A stretch of DNA of 64,000 nt from Candidatus Methanomethylicia archaeon (lineage in GTDB: Archaea > Thermoproteota > Methanomethylicia > Nezhaarchaeales > B40-G2), in assembly GCA_029259155.1 (NCBI GenBank), contig JAPDJI010000026.1, positions 8,445 to 72,444 of the forward strand, written 5' to 3'. The notes beneath the pieces were generated by a model. It saw only the letters and a program-made list of their open reading frames with translations, was not told where the DNA came from and did not search any database. Below, piece after piece: positions 49,071-59,388 of the stretch (position 1 is the stretch's first letter; every line of letters starts with the position of its first letter). The position numbers and the translations under genes are program-made.

Positions 49071-50449
49071 CCCTCCGATACCTCCCCGACGAAGCTCAAG
49101 AGTTCAGGTAGCTTAGAGCTAGGCAACAAAGCCTCCACCTCGCCTACGCTTCCCCAACCCATCCCCCCCATGTCCAGCACCTTACCAACCAGCTTCGCTG
49201 AAACCTCCTTATCCCAAACAAGCTTCCTCCCAGCCACAACTGCTACCTTCGCGAAGTCGTCGAGCTTGGTCAACGTAACAGTGACACCCTCCGGGTTGAA
49301 GCAGCGTAGAGCCTTAGCCAGCTCGATGAGGGAGTATTGAGCTAGCGGCTGAAGCTCATAGACCTTAAGCTTCTCCGCAGAGCCCTTGATTATAGGGCTT
49401 AACCTGCTGAGCTCAAGGGTTAAAGACTTCACGTAGGACACGGCTTCCTCTAAGGCTTCCTTTAAAGGAAACTCTACGAAGCGCTTCATGAAGCCCGACA
49501 CAGCCAGCCCTAAACGTCCAGCCTTAACGCAAGCATCCATTATACAAGCTTCCTCGTATAGGTCGTTGGAGAAGAAGTCAAAGTTGGCTTCAAGCACAGG
49601 TCCAAGAAACCTACCTGCCTCATAAGCATCAACCCCCGACACGATAGCTTCCTTCACTAGCGCTTGGACTAAACGGCCCTTCCCCTCAGATCCTAGCGAA
49701 GGGAGAACTATACTGCTTGCCTCCTCACCCAACTCGAGGGATTTAAGGAAACGTAGCGCGGCCTCCTCACTGCCCATTAAGCTCATTATCGGGGGGTTCA
49801 AGGTGTAGGCCAGTGACTTAAACAAGGGTAGTTTAGAGGCTGCGAAGACCTTCAGCTTCTTAGCCACCTTAACCCGCCCTTCCTTGAGGAGAGGAGATAT
49901 ACAGGCCCCGTCGATCCCTTTCACATCCCCATCAGGTTCAAGTACTTGTTCTTCACCCATAACGCCTAGGCAGAGGAGCAGCTTAGAGACCTCATCCTCA
50001 GCTTTGGCTTCGCATAGGAGAAGGTAGCAAGTAGAGGAGCAGCAAGCCTCCGTTGACCCGTCGAAGCCGTAGAGCTCAGGGTTAACCGTTAACACCCCGC
50101 TCTCCTCGACGACAGGGAGGTGGTGGCTGAACACTATCCAACGTCCACCTCCACCTAGTTTACGAATTAAGGCTTCAGCTCCACCTACATCGACCAGGAT
50201 GGAGAGGCCTTCCGACCGTAGCTGTTGAAGCATATCACCGCTCTGCTTAAACCATCGAAGCCTGAAGGGGCAGCCCAGCTTCAAGAGGAGTCTAGCCACC
50301 ATAATCGAGGCCGCTGCGCCATCCACCCCTCCGCCCACATAGATATTGACGGGTTTAACGCTTGAAGTCTGGCTCTCAAGGAGCCCTAAAACTTCACCAA
50401 GCTTATCCTTTAACTTCCCTAGCGCCGACGATGCCATACCCGGTTTCAC
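49067..50449 (-). CDS. RecJ/Cdc45-like DHH-family protein with degenerate active site
   Basis: VDG, LVDVG, FSHH, VNPELYGFDGSTEACCSSTCY; directly downstream of rps15. Confidence 0.8.
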   Translation of the reverse strand: MKPGMASSALGKLKDKLGEVLGLLESQTSSVKPVNIYVGGGVDGAAASIMVARLLLKLGCPFRLRWFKQSGDMLQQLRSEGLSILVDVGGAEALIRKLGGGGRWIVFSHHLPVVEESGVLTVNPELYGFDGSTEACCSSTCYLLLCEAKAEDEVSKLLLCLGVMGEEQVLEPDGDVKGIDGACISPLLKEGRVKVAKKLKVFAASKLPLFKSLAYTLNPPIMSLMGSEEAALRFLKSLELGEEASSIVLPSLGSEGKGRLVQALVKEAIVSGVDAYEAGRFLGPVLEANFDFFSNDLYEEACIMDACVKAGRLGLAVSGFMKRFVEFPLKEALEEAVSYVKSLTLELSRLSPIIKGSAEKLKVYELQPLAQYSLIELAKALRCFNPEGVTVTLTKLDDFAKVAVVAGRKLVWDKEVSAKLVGKVLDMGGMGWGSVGEVEALLPSSKLPELLSFVGEVSEG

Positions 50450-50567
50450 GGTACAACTCTTTTGTTTAAGTCATGTAGAGGCTCCTTGAGTATTTTTGGG
50501 TTTTGCCTCCTAAAACTTAAAGGATAAGCGAATCACGTCACGGTGACCTGTAGGTGCTCTCAGACTC

Positions 50568-51014
50568 TCACGGAATGATGATTATCTTCTCAGGCTTATA
50601 CTGGAAGTCGGGGGGAAGTACTCCTTCCCTCTTGTAGTACTTCACTAGCCTATGTATCTTAGACTCTACGAGCTGAAGGCCTCTACGCGAAAACATGTCT
50701 TTAGGGTGCTCCTCCAAGTGCCTCCTTATGGTGGTCGCCCTCCTAATCAGGTTGGCTAGGTCTTCAGGGATCTTCGGGGCTAAGCCTCTTTCTTTAAGCA
50801 CCTGGGTGATCTTCTTGTCTATGACCAGCTTGGTTAGAGGCACTCCATACTGGTCCCTTAGGATCATCCCTATCATCGACGGCGTATACCCTCTCTTCGC
50901 TAGCTCCACGATTAAGCCTTCCACCTGCTCCTCCGTTAAATTGCAGATGGAAGCAACCTCGCTGGAAATAGGCCTGGTTGAGTGGGAGCTGCCTTTACGC
51001 TTGCCTTTCCTCAA
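50568..51014 (-). CDS. rps15: 30S ribosomal protein S15
   Basis: IGMILRDQYGVP, IPEDL, HPKD..SRRGL..VESKIHRLVKYYK. Confidence 0.98.
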   Translation of the reverse strand: MRKGKRKGSSHSTRPISSEVASICNLTEEQVEGLIVELAKRGYTPSMIGMILRDQYGVPLTKLVIDKKITQVLKERGLAPKIPEDLANLIRRATTIRRHLEEHPKDMFSRRGLQLVESKIHRLVKYYKREGVLPPDFQYKPEKIIIIP

Positions 51015-51081
51015 ACATTTTCACCGCGGTAGCCTAGCACTTAAAGGCTCTAGATAAAGATTTCTTAGAACAAGTGTTAGG

Positions 51082-51669
51082 TTGAAGGAGGGCTGCGAAG
51101 TGTACGAGTTAATCTTCGTGACCAGCAATCCTCACAAGGTGAGGGAGGTCAAAGAGATCGTGGAGAGGCTAGCCCCCAAGGTCAACGTTAAAGCCTTAAA
51201 CTTAGAGTTAAAGGAACGCCAGCTAGACAGCGTCGAGGAGATAGCGGAGGAGGCGGTTAAGGAAGCCTTCAAGCTTCTCGGCAAGCCGGTGATGGTGGAG
51301 GACGCCGGCATGTTCATAGATGCCCTCAACGGTTTCCCAGGACCTTACTCCTCATACGTGTTTAAGACCATAGGTAATAAGGGGATACTTAGGCTAATGG
51401 AGGGGATAGAGAACAGAAAGGCCACGTTCAAGTCAGCGATAGCGTTCTGCAGCCAAGAAGGATTAACGCTCATCTTCACAGGCACCGTGAAAGGAGAGAT
51501 CTCCCTGGAGGAGCGAGGAGAAGGTTGGGGCTTCGACCCCATCTTCATACCCGAGGAGGGAGGAGGTAAAACCTACGCTGAGCTAGGTCCCTTAAAGAAT
51601 GAAATATCGCATCGAAGAAGAGCTTTAGAGAAGCTTGCTACATGGCTATCGAGCACCTTAAGCCCATAG
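51082..51669 (+). CDS. Non-canonical purine NTP pyrophosphatase (RdgB/HAM1)
   Basis: TSNPHK, EDAG, GFPGPYS, GFDPIF, KNEISHR. Confidence 0.96.
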   Translation: MKEGCEVYELIFVTSNPHKVREVKEIVERLAPKVNVKALNLELKERQLDSVEEIAEEAVKEAFKLLGKPVMVEDAGMFIDALNGFPGPYSSYVFKTIGNKGILRLMEGIENRKATFKSAIAFCSQEGLTLIFTGTVKGEISLEERGEGWGFDPIFIPEEGGGKTYAELGPLKNEISHRRRALEKLATWLSSTLSP

Positions 51670-51747
51670 GACAAGGGGGAAGGTTAAACCTAAAAGTTTA
51701 AAGTTAAAAGGAGGGTTGAGGTAAAATAGACGTCCGAGGGATGAAGT

Positions 51748-52146
51748 TTGTCTAAGAAGCCGGTTGATGCAGGTTCACTTAAGGTAGGCTCCTACATAGT
51801 CATAGACGAAGCACCCTGCAGGATAGTTGAGATGGAGAAATCTAAGCCAGGTAAGCACGGGTCAGCGAAGGCGAGGATCGTGGCTATAGGGCTTTTCGAC
51901 GGGGTTAAACGCAGCATCGTCGTGCCCGTCGACCAAAAGGTGGATCAACCAGTGGTAGAGAAGAAGACAGCGCAAACCATTGCTATAACCCCCACCTCCG
52001 TTCAGTTAATGGACCTATCAACCTATGAGGTCTATGAGGTACCCAAGAGCGAGGTTGAGCCTGACCTACTAGACAAGCTAGCTACCGGCGTTGAGGTTGA
52101 AGTATGGGAAGTTATGGGTATGCGTAAGCTGATGAGGGTTAAGTAG
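51748..52146 (+). CDS. eif5a: Translation factor eIF5A
   Basis: SKPGKHGSAK hypusine loop, QLMD. Confidence 0.98.
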   Translation: MSKKPVDAGSLKVGSYIVIDEAPCRIVEMEKSKPGKHGSAKARIVAIGLFDGVKRSIVVPVDQKVDQPVVEKKTAQTIAITPTSVQLMDLSTYEVYEVPKSEVEPDLLDKLATGVEVEVWEVMGMRKLMRVK

Positions 52147-52156
52147 CAGTGGCCGC

Positions 52157-53026
52157 GTGCCCTCCATGAATAAAGGCAGCAGCATAGGCTTAACCTCCAG
52201 GACAGACTTGGCCTATGCCTTAGAGCTAACTAAACAGAGCTACAGTTACTTGACCTCGAAGGGAGCTTTATGTCAAGTAGAAGCTGAAACCGCCTCGAAA
52301 CTATGCTTACCTGGAGTACAGCTGGAGGAGCTTAGCGTAGACGCCCTTATAGCCATCGGCGGGGACGGAACCATCCTCCGGACACTGAAGAGGTTGGCTA
52401 ACCCTGAAACCCCTATCTTAGGTGTTAAGGTAGGAAAGATATGTTTCCTAGGCGAGGTGGAGCCAGAGGAGCTTCAACTAGCCTTAGACAAGCTCCTTAG
52501 AGGAGACTACGCCGTGGAGGAGGTGATGAAGCTGAGAGCCTCCATAGCTGAAGGAAAAAGCTCCGACGCGGTTAACGAAGTCGTCTTCGTGACCAGCCAG
52601 CCAGCCAAGGTCATACAGTTCGAGGTCATCGTAGGTGGAGAGGAGGTATTTAGAGGGTTAGCTGACGGAGCCATAATAGCCACCCCAACAGGCTCTACGG
52701 GCTACGCGTTATCAGCCCACGGACCAGTGATAGACCCTGAGCTCGAAGCCATGCTCGTGGTCCTACTTAACCCCTTAAACCTAAGCTCAAGGCCGCTTGT
52801 AGTCCCAGCCTCTGAGACCCTCAAGTTCAAAGTATTAGCCCCCAGCCCAGAAGCACTCGTGGTGGTGGATGGAGAGGTCGTAGGTAAGATAAATGTAGGT
52901 GGAGAGGTGGAGGTCAAGAAATCCCCCGTCAAGGCCAGGTTCATTAGGTTCCACGCCCGCAAACCAGCGTTCTACGAGAGGCTGAGGAAGCTGGTGGAGT
53001 GGAGGGCATCGGCCAAGAAATGGTGA
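52157..53026 (+). CDS. nadK: NAD kinase
   Basis: GGDGT, NE, DG..ATPTGSTGYALSA.GP. Confidence 0.95.
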   Translation: MPSMNKGSSIGLTSRTDLAYALELTKQSYSYLTSKGALCQVEAETASKLCLPGVQLEELSVDALIAIGGDGTILRTLKRLANPETPILGVKVGKICFLGEVEPEELQLALDKLLRGDYAVEEVMKLRASIAEGKSSDAVNEVVFVTSQPAKVIQFEVIVGGEEVFRGLADGAIIATPTGSTGYALSAHGPVIDPELEAMLVVLLNPLNLSSRPLVVPASETLKFKVLAPSPEALVVVDGEVVGKINVGGEVEVKKSPVKARFIRFHARKPAFYERLRKLVEWRASAKKW

Positions 53027-54201
53027 AACCCTCCCAAAACCCCAATGAAACCTTCCTAGACTACTTCTTCAAGCTCCTGGGGGCTGAGGAAACCGCCAAG
53101 CTGCTCGAAGCTCTAAGGAAACCGCCCTCTAAGTATTTCCTAAGGATAAACACCCTCCTCGCTAAGCCTCACGAAGTTGTAGCCTCGCTTAGGCGGAGAG
53201 GGGTGGAAGCCAAGCTCTTCGACCCTAAGATTCCAGAAGCGATCTATGTAGAGGTCGTGGAGGAGAGCCTTGACGAGGAGGAGGCTTCAAGGCTTAAGGA
53301 AGTGGTGGTCGATAGGTATACGGCCGAAGCCGTGATGGTCGGAGCGAACGTCTATGCCCCCGGCGTTAAGAGAGCTAAAGGAGTGTTGAGGGGGGACCTA
53401 GTAGCGATTAGAATGGAGGGAGGCTTCCTCGTAGGCCTAGGAGAAGCCTCAATGAGCGGCTTGGAGGCCTTAACGAAACGTAGAGGCCTAGCAGTAAAGG
53501 TGTTGAAAACCAGGTTTAAGGCTCCAAGCCTAAGAGACAGCGAAGAATACCTTCAAGGCCTCATATACCCTCAGTCCCTACCCTCAATGATAGCGGTGAG
53601 GGCTCTAGACCCTAAGCCGGGAGAGAAGCTCATAGATCTTACCGCTGCGCCAGGAGGTAAGTTAACCCACGCCTTCCAGTTAATGGAGGGTGTAGGCGAA
53701 GTAGTGGCTATCGACAGGTCGCCCAGGAAGGTGGCGGAGCTTAAAGCTCACCTTGAAAGGATGAAGATGCACAACGTAAAAGTGATGCAGCGAGACTCAA
53801 GGTACTTAGACCTAGAGCTGCCTCACAGCCACTTCGACGCGGTCATCGTCGACCCTCCATGCTCCGCCATCGGCGTCAGGCCTAAGCTACACATAAGCCT
53901 AAACCTAAAACAGGTATCTTCACTAGCTGAGTATCAGAAACAGTTCTTGAAGGTGGCTTCGAAGCTCGTAAAGCCAGGCGGAAGAATCCTCTACTCCACC
54001 TGTACCCTCACCATCGAGGAGAATGAAAGGGTGGTAAGCTTCGCTGTAGAGGCCTGTGGATTAAGAGTGAAGGAACATGTCTACATCTACGGCCAGCCAG
54101 GCCTAGGGGTGGTCCCAGGCGCCATCCACCTACAGCGGTTCTACCCTCACATCCATGATACTCCAGGCTTCTTCATAGCTGTCCTTGAGCGCCTAGGTTA
54201 A
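52999..54201 (+). CDS. RsmB/NOP2/NSUN RNA m5C methyltransferase with PUA domain (NSUN6-like)
   Basis: GANVYAPGV (PUA), QSLPS, AAPGGK, DPPCS, YSTC, GFFIA. Confidence 0.93.
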   Translation: MEGIGQEMVKPSQNPNETFLDYFFKLLGAEETAKLLEALRKPPSKYFLRINTLLAKPHEVVASLRRRGVEAKLFDPKIPEAIYVEVVEESLDEEEASRLKEVVVDRYTAEAVMVGANVYAPGVKRAKGVLRGDLVAIRMEGGFLVGLGEASMSGLEALTKRRGLAVKVLKTRFKAPSLRDSEEYLQGLIYPQSLPSMIAVRALDPKPGEKLIDLTAAPGGKLTHAFQLMEGVGEVVAIDRSPRKVAELKAHLERMKMHNVKVMQRDSRYLDLELPHSHFDAVIVDPPCSAIGVRPKLHISLNLKQVSSLAEYQKQFLKVASKLVKPGGRILYSTCTLTIEENERVVSFAVEACGLRVKEHVYIYGQPGLGVVPGAIHLQRFYPHIHDTPGFFIAVLERLG

Positions 54202-54896
54202 GGGCCTATACGTGTACCTATAGCCTCGCCTTCCACTACCAGCTTTAGAAGGTTCGCTGGATCCCTACCGTCTATGACCACGGTGGCGATCTTAGCCCGC
54301 TCCATCACCTTGATGGCCACGTGGTCGAAGAGCTTAAACGTACCCGCCTCCGCGCTCCCCCTAGACATCAAGTCGAGGAGCTCACGGTAGCTTAAGCGCT
54401 CAAGCTTCCTGGCCTTAGGGGAGATCTTGGGGTCCCCGGTGTAGACGCCGTCAACGTCCGTGGCCACCACCAGCAGGTCAGCCTTCATAAGCTCAGCTAA
54501 CACCGCCGCCACCGCCACCGTAGACTGGCCAGGCTGAAAGCCGCCGCACACTACCATTTTACCTGAGCTGAGCGCAAGCCTAGCCTCTGCGTATGAGGAA
54601 GGTATAGCAGGGTATGCAAAGTCCTCGATGACTGAGAGTAGCAGGAGAGCGTTAACCCTCGACACCTGGATGCCTATCTCGTCACACATGGCTTCAGAGC
54701 AGCCCATGGACCTGGCTGCCTCGATAAAACGCCTAGCTGGAGGCCCTCCGCCAACCACGACGTGTACTTCATGGTCCATCCAGTAAAGCTTCCTTAAAAC
54801 TTCGCCGTAGCTCCTTAACCTCTCCTTGAGGACCCTGCCCTCCTCATCGAAGAGGATGTGGCCGCCAAGCTTAAGCGAAAGCCTCAAACCACACAC
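54198..54896 (-). CDS. pyrH: Uridylate kinase
   Basis: KLGG, VVGGG, DEIGI, PGQST, TDVDGVY.GDPK. Confidence 0.95.
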   Translation of the reverse strand: MCGLRLSLKLGGHILFDEEGRVLKERLRSYGEVLRKLYWMDHEVHVVVGGGPPARRFIEAARSMGCSEAMCDEIGIQVSRVNALLLLSVIEDFAYPAIPSSYAEARLALSSGKMVVCGGFQPGQSTVAVAAVLAELMKADLLVVATDVDGVYTGDPKISPKARKLERLSYRELLDLMSRGSAEAGTFKLFDHVAIKVMERAKIATVVIDGRDPANLLKLVVEGEAIGTRIGP

Positions 54897-54935
54897 CGTT
54901 TAAGGCGGAGACGTAGAGAGATTTAAGCTAAAGTG

Positions 54936-56198
54936 CTAGTCCTTAGCATACCTTAAAATCGCTGCTACGCCGCCGAAGGACTCCTTTAACCCCTTCCCCT
55001 CCTCCGTGGCTAAGGAGACCACTTCGACCTGCGTCCTTGAGGCTTCAGCCAGCTCAATATAGTAGTCTAGCGCAGGCTTCTCCTCCATAGAGGTAGCCTG
55101 TCCACATACTGGACACTTGCTCTTAGCTTCTTTATGGTCATCCAGCTTATCCCTCTTCACCACCTTCTCCTCAGCCCAGCTGCAGGACGGGCAAGTAGCC
55201 TTCACGTAGACCGCGTCTAACCCTTCCGAAACCAGCAAGGTCCTCACAGCGCCCTCTATGAGCCTCCGCTTAACCTCCTCGAATCCGTAAGCTACGAAGT
55301 TGGGCTTCCTAGCAAGATGATATAGGAAGTCCTGCACCACCTCCTTCTCATGTACATACCTTATGTCCTGAAGCGCCGACCTACCCTTCTCCACGAGCTC
55401 GTAAACACCTTCCTCACCCGTGTACCCTAGATCGAACACCGCCACGATCTTATTCTTCAGGTCTGAGGGAAGGTAGCCCCCATCAAGGAAATCGTACTTA
55501 GTGGGGCCTGGACCGCCCACCAGTATCCCTTTAAGGTCGGGGAGAGAGCTGAAAACCTCCTTAGCGTACTCTCCCGCCCTCTTATAGAATTCATGCGCTA
55601 GCTGCTCTATGACCCTCTCAAACCTACGCGCTGACTGGCCTCCAGCGCTATGTTTCCCGGGGACGCCTGACGTTATGTGCTCTAAGACCTCAAGCCTTCT
55701 ACCTCGAAGGGTAGCGAAGACAGCCTCAGACCTGTCTATGACGATGAGGCCGAAAGTGTCCTTCTCAGTTATCATCTCCTCTAGGAACTCTACATAGAAC
55801 CTCGAATCGCAGCGGTACAGGTAGACGTTGATAGGTTCAGGAGGTTCAAGCACGTAGACCTCCATTTTCTCGCTGCCAGGCGGGCCATGGGGGATATAGC
55901 CGCTGAAGATCACCAGCCCGTTGGGAGGAGTCTCCCTGAATAGCTTAAGTCTTTGCATGGCACTGACCAAGGCGTCCAGCACGTGGTGCCTCGTAGTGCG
56001 GTCCTTTATGTTCTGAGCCGTGCTATACTCCTGCCTTAAAGTGCTAACCACGTCGGAAATAGGCCTTCCGGCAGGGATGTAAAGCGAGATAAGCTCTGTA
56101 CCCCTACCCTGCTTGGATTTAAGCTCCTTGATCATCTTCTCTAGCCTATACTGCTCCAGCGACGACCGTTTTCTCTGAGATATGCTCATCTTTCTCAC
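54936..56198 (-). CDS. prf1: Peptide chain release factor aRF1
   Basis: GTELISLYIP, NIKD, YRCDSRF, GGQSARRF, FGGVAAILRY. Confidence 0.98.
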   Translation of the reverse strand: MRKMSISQRKRSSLEQYRLEKMIKELKSKQGRGTELISLYIPAGRPISDVVSTLRQEYSTAQNIKDRTTRHHVLDALVSAMQRLKLFRETPPNGLVIFSGYIPHGPPGSEKMEVYVLEPPEPINVYLYRCDSRFYVEFLEEMITEKDTFGLIVIDRSEAVFATLRGRRLEVLEHITSGVPGKHSAGGQSARRFERVIEQLAHEFYKRAGEYAKEVFSSLPDLKGILVGGPGPTKYDFLDGGYLPSDLKNKIVAVFDLGYTGEEGVYELVEKGRSALQDIRYVHEKEVVQDFLYHLARKPNFVAYGFEEVKRRLIEGAVRTLLVSEGLDAVYVKATCPSCSWAEEKVVKRDKLDDHKEAKSKCPVCGQATSMEEKPALDYYIELAEASRTQVEVVSLATEEGKGLKESFGGVAAILRYAKD

Positions 56199-56308
56199 CT
56201 TCCTTCGGTTCTAGGCCTTAGCTTAGAACGCCGATAGGGCCTCCAAATTAATCTTACCCACGAGGATCATTCTGCAAAGACTTAAATCCGACGCGGCCTT
56301 AAATAAAT

Positions 56309-56617
56309 GTGGCTAAATTGTCCAATGAACCAGAAAGGCTGCCTAGACTTCTACCTGAATACAAGGTTTACCGAGACGCAGAAAAGTATACTGCAGAGAT
56401 AAGGTTACCTGGAGTCCAAAAGAAGGACATCAGCCTCGAGGTCGCTGATCGAAGCTTCTCCCTACGAGCTCTAAAGGAAGACGCAGAGTACTTTCTATGC
56501 TACCTCTTCGCCTATGAGGTGAATGAGGCGGAGGCGGAAGCCTCTTATAAAGACGGGCTCCTCAAACTCGTGGTGCCGTTAAAGGAGAAGCTTGAAGCCA
56601 GTCAAGGTGGAAGCTAA
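56309..56617 (+). CDS. Hsp20/alpha-crystallin family protein
   Basis: LPGVQKKDI, ASYKDGLLKLVVP. Confidence 0.85.
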   Translation: MAKLSNEPERLPRLLPEYKVYRDAEKYTAEIRLPGVQKKDISLEVADRSFSLRALKEDAEYFLCYLFAYEVNEAEAEASYKDGLLKLVVPLKEKLEASQGGS

Positions 56618-56640
56618 GCAGGTTGAATATAAGGCAAACT

Positions 56641-56680
56641 CCGAGCCTCTCGAAGTAAGGCTCGGTACCCCTATTTTCTT
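56641..56680 (+). terminator. Possible terminator hairpin after hsp20
   Basis: Perfect 8-bp stem CCGAGCCT/AGGCTCGG followed by T-rich TATTTTCTT. Confidence 0.4.
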
Positions 56681-56762
56681 AATCAAATATTGGTAAACGT
56701 TGGAGGCTAACTTTTAATCCCACTACAGATTAATAACCGCGTATTGATGGAGCGAGCGAGCC

Positions 56763-59168
56763 ATGACCAGCTTCAAGCCAAGGATCAGGGAAGCACGCTG
56801 GGACAGTAGCGAGGAGGAAGAGCTGCTCAAGAAATGGGAGGAAGAAGACCTCTACCGATTCAACCCTGATAGCGGTAAGCCTATCTTCTCCATAGATACT
56901 CCTCCTCCCTACCCTTCAGGGGCGTGGCACGTAGGTGCAGCCGCCCACTACGCTCAGATAGACATGGTGGCCCGGTACTTTAGGATGAAGGGCTACGAGG
57001 TGCTCTTCGCCTTCGGGGTGGACCGCAACGGCCTACCCATAGAGGTACAGGTAGAGAAGGAGTATGGGGTCAAGGCACACGACGTGGGTAGGGAGAAGTT
57101 CCTTAAGCTGTGCTCCGAGTTCCTAGATAAAGTAGAGAAGGACCTTGTATGGATAGCTTGGAGGCTCGGGTTAAGCTGTAACCTCAAAAACTACTATAGG
57201 ACAGATAGCCCCGAGTTTCGCGCTTTAACCCAGGCCACCTTCATAGAGCTGTGGCGTAAAGGACTCATCTACCAGGACGATAGGCCCACCAACTGGTGTC
57301 CAAGCTGCCGCACCACGATAGCCGACGCGGAGATAGAGTACGATGAGCTCGAGACGGAGCTCGTCTACATCAAGTTCAAGATAAAGGAGACGGGCGAGGA
57401 CGTACTTATAGCCACCACTAGGCCAGAGCTTTTATGCACCTGCGCAGCGGTCATCTTCAACCCCGTAGACGAAAGGTACACCAGGCTCGAAGGATTGACG
57501 GCCATCGTCCCCATCCACGGCCAAGAAGTCCCCATCCTACCCCACAGCTACGCCAAGCCAGAGTTCGGCACAGGGCTGGTGATGGTGTGCTCCTTCGGAG
57601 ACTACTCCGACATTAGGCTGTTCAGGGAGCTTGGGCTTAAAGCCAAGATAGCTATTGACGCCGACGGCAAGATGAACGCCCACGCAGGCCCCTACGCGGG
57701 TTTAACAGTATCAGAGGCCAGAAGGAAGGTGGTCGAGGACCTAGAGAAGCAGGGGCTGCTCGTAAAGCGAGAACGCATAATACATAGAACACCTGTCTGC
57801 TGGAGGTCTAAGGATCCCATAGAGTTCATAGCCATGCCCGAGTACTACCTTAAACAGCTCGACTTCAAGGAGGAGCTGCTTCAAATCGTGGAGCAGATGA
57901 AGTTCCACCCACCTGAGCACAAGCAGCTGCTCATCAACTGGATCCAATCCATCAACGCCGACTGGCCCATCTCGAGGAGAAGGTTCTACGGCACCGAGAT
58001 CCCCCTATGGTACTGTAAAGCTTGCGGCAAACCACACCTACCACCTCCAGGAAAATACTATCAGCCTTGGAAGGAGCCAGCCCCCCTAGAGAAGTGCGAG
58101 TGTGGCTCAACGGAGTTCATAGGCGAGGATAGGACCTTCGACACCTGGATGGACTCCAGCGGCTCAGAGCTCTTCATAACAGGCTACGGCAGAGACAACG
58201 AGCTCTTCTCTAAAGCCTTCCCATGCTCGCTTAGGCCGCAAGGCATCGACATCGTGAGGACCTGGCTATACTACACCGTGCTTAAAGCCTACCTCCTCCT
58301 CGACAAACCAGCCTTTCAAAACGTCAGGCTCTCAGGCATGGGCCTCGACGAGCGCGGCGAAGCCATGCATAAGTCAAAGGGCAACGTAATCTACCCAGGC
58401 CCAGTCATGAAGGAGTACGGCGCCGATGCCTTCAGGCTATGGAGCGCAGCTGAAGCCAAGCTAGGCAGCAACTACCGCTACTCCGAGAGCCACGTCAAGA
58501 GCGCTAGGCTATTCTTAACCAAGCTCTGGAACATCTCCAGGTTCATCTCCTCCTTCCCCAAGCCGGAGGAAAGCTACAAGCTAAGGAAGCTCGACCTACT
58601 AGCCCTAGCAGAGCTCAACAAGCTTATCAAGGAGTGCGAGGAAGCCTACGAGCAAATGGACGTCTACGTACCCGCCAACGCCATCAGGGAATACGCCTGG
58701 AGCTTCTTCGCCGACCACTACCTCGAAGCCGTTAAGCCAAGAGCCTACAACACCGACAACCGCTTCCCCAGGGAAGAACAGCTAGGCGCATGGTACACTC
58801 TCTACACTTGCCTCGAAACCATACTCAAGCTACTAGCCCCCATCTGCCCCTTCATCACCGACGCCCTCTGGAGAAGAATGTTAGGAGGCTCCGTACACCT
58901 CCAAGCCTTCCCCAAGGTCAATGAGGAGTGGGGCATAGGACCCACCAAGGAGGCAAAGGCCTTCATGGAATTCAACACAGCCATATGGAAATACAAGAAA
59001 AACCAAAAACTCTCCCTCAGCGCTCCGCTACAACAAACAGTCTATGCGCCACTCGAACTCAAGGAGTTCGAAGAAGACCTCAAAGCAATGCACAAAATAG
59101 CCGACCTACGCTTCGAGCCGCCTCCACCCAACGCCACCGACCTAGGCGGAGGAGTATATACAGCTTAA
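56763..59168 (+). CDS. valS: Valine--tRNA ligase
   Basis: DTPPPYPSG..HVG, IATTRPE, FGTGLVMVCSFGD, DWPISRRRFYG, DIVRTW, AMHKS. Confidence 0.97.
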   Translation: MTSFKPRIREARWDSSEEEELLKKWEEEDLYRFNPDSGKPIFSIDTPPPYPSGAWHVGAAAHYAQIDMVARYFRMKGYEVLFAFGVDRNGLPIEVQVEKEYGVKAHDVGREKFLKLCSEFLDKVEKDLVWIAWRLGLSCNLKNYYRTDSPEFRALTQATFIELWRKGLIYQDDRPTNWCPSCRTTIADAEIEYDELETELVYIKFKIKETGEDVLIATTRPELLCTCAAVIFNPVDERYTRLEGLTAIVPIHGQEVPILPHSYAKPEFGTGLVMVCSFGDYSDIRLFRELGLKAKIAIDADGKMNAHAGPYAGLTVSEARRKVVEDLEKQGLLVKRERIIHRTPVCWRSKDPIEFIAMPEYYLKQLDFKEELLQIVEQMKFHPPEHKQLLINWIQSINADWPISRRRFYGTEIPLWYCKACGKPHLPPPGKYYQPWKEPAPLEKCECGSTEFIGEDRTFDTWMDSSGSELFITGYGRDNELFSKAFPCSLRPQGIDIVRTWLYYTVLKAYLLLDKPAFQNVRLSGMGLDERGEAMHKSKGNVIYPGPVMKEYGADAFRLWSAAEAKLGSNYRYSESHVKSARLFLTKLWNISRFISSFPKPEESYKLRKLDLLALAELNKLIKECEEAYEQMDVYVPANAIREYAWSFFADHYLEAVKPRAYNTDNRFPREEQLGAWYTLYTCLETILKLLAPICPFITDALWRRMLGGSVHLQAFPKVNEEWGIGPTKEAKAFMEFNTAIWKYKKNQKLSLSAPLQQTVYAPLELKEFEEDLKAMHKIADLRFEPPPPNATDLGGGVYTA

Positions 59169-59206
59169 AGAACAAACTTAAAGAGGGCCTTTCATTAATT
59201 CGTTGA

Positions 59207-59278
59207 GGGCCGGTAGTTCAGCGGTAGAATGCCCGCCTCGCACGCGGGAGGTCGCGGGTTCAAGTCCCGCCCGGTCCA
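59207..59278 (+). tRNA. tRNA-Ala(CGC)
   Basis: GGGCCGG/CCGGTCC acceptor with G3:U70, A73, anticodon stem CCCGC/GCGGG around CT-CGC-AC, GTTCAAGTC T-loop; CCA not encoded. Confidence 0.97.
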
Positions 59279-59388
59279 TATATTTCTCATAATCTCATAG
59301 TTCATTCATCTTATCGATACCAGAGGTTAAGTGAAGGCTTATCTCACCAACTTTTGAGAAGAACATCTTTTATAGAACTCTTAACTAC

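Noticed and set aside
54936-56198. aRF1 NIKD variant as a hint of stop-codon reassignment
   Set aside because: TAA, TAG and TGA all terminate conserved genes at expected lengths in this window, and no read-through was seen
59317-59337. Weak ORB-like sequence ATACCAGAGGTTAAGTGAAGG
   Set aside because: Single copy, poor match to the TCCA..GGAA core and no adjacent cdc6, so it is not called as a feature
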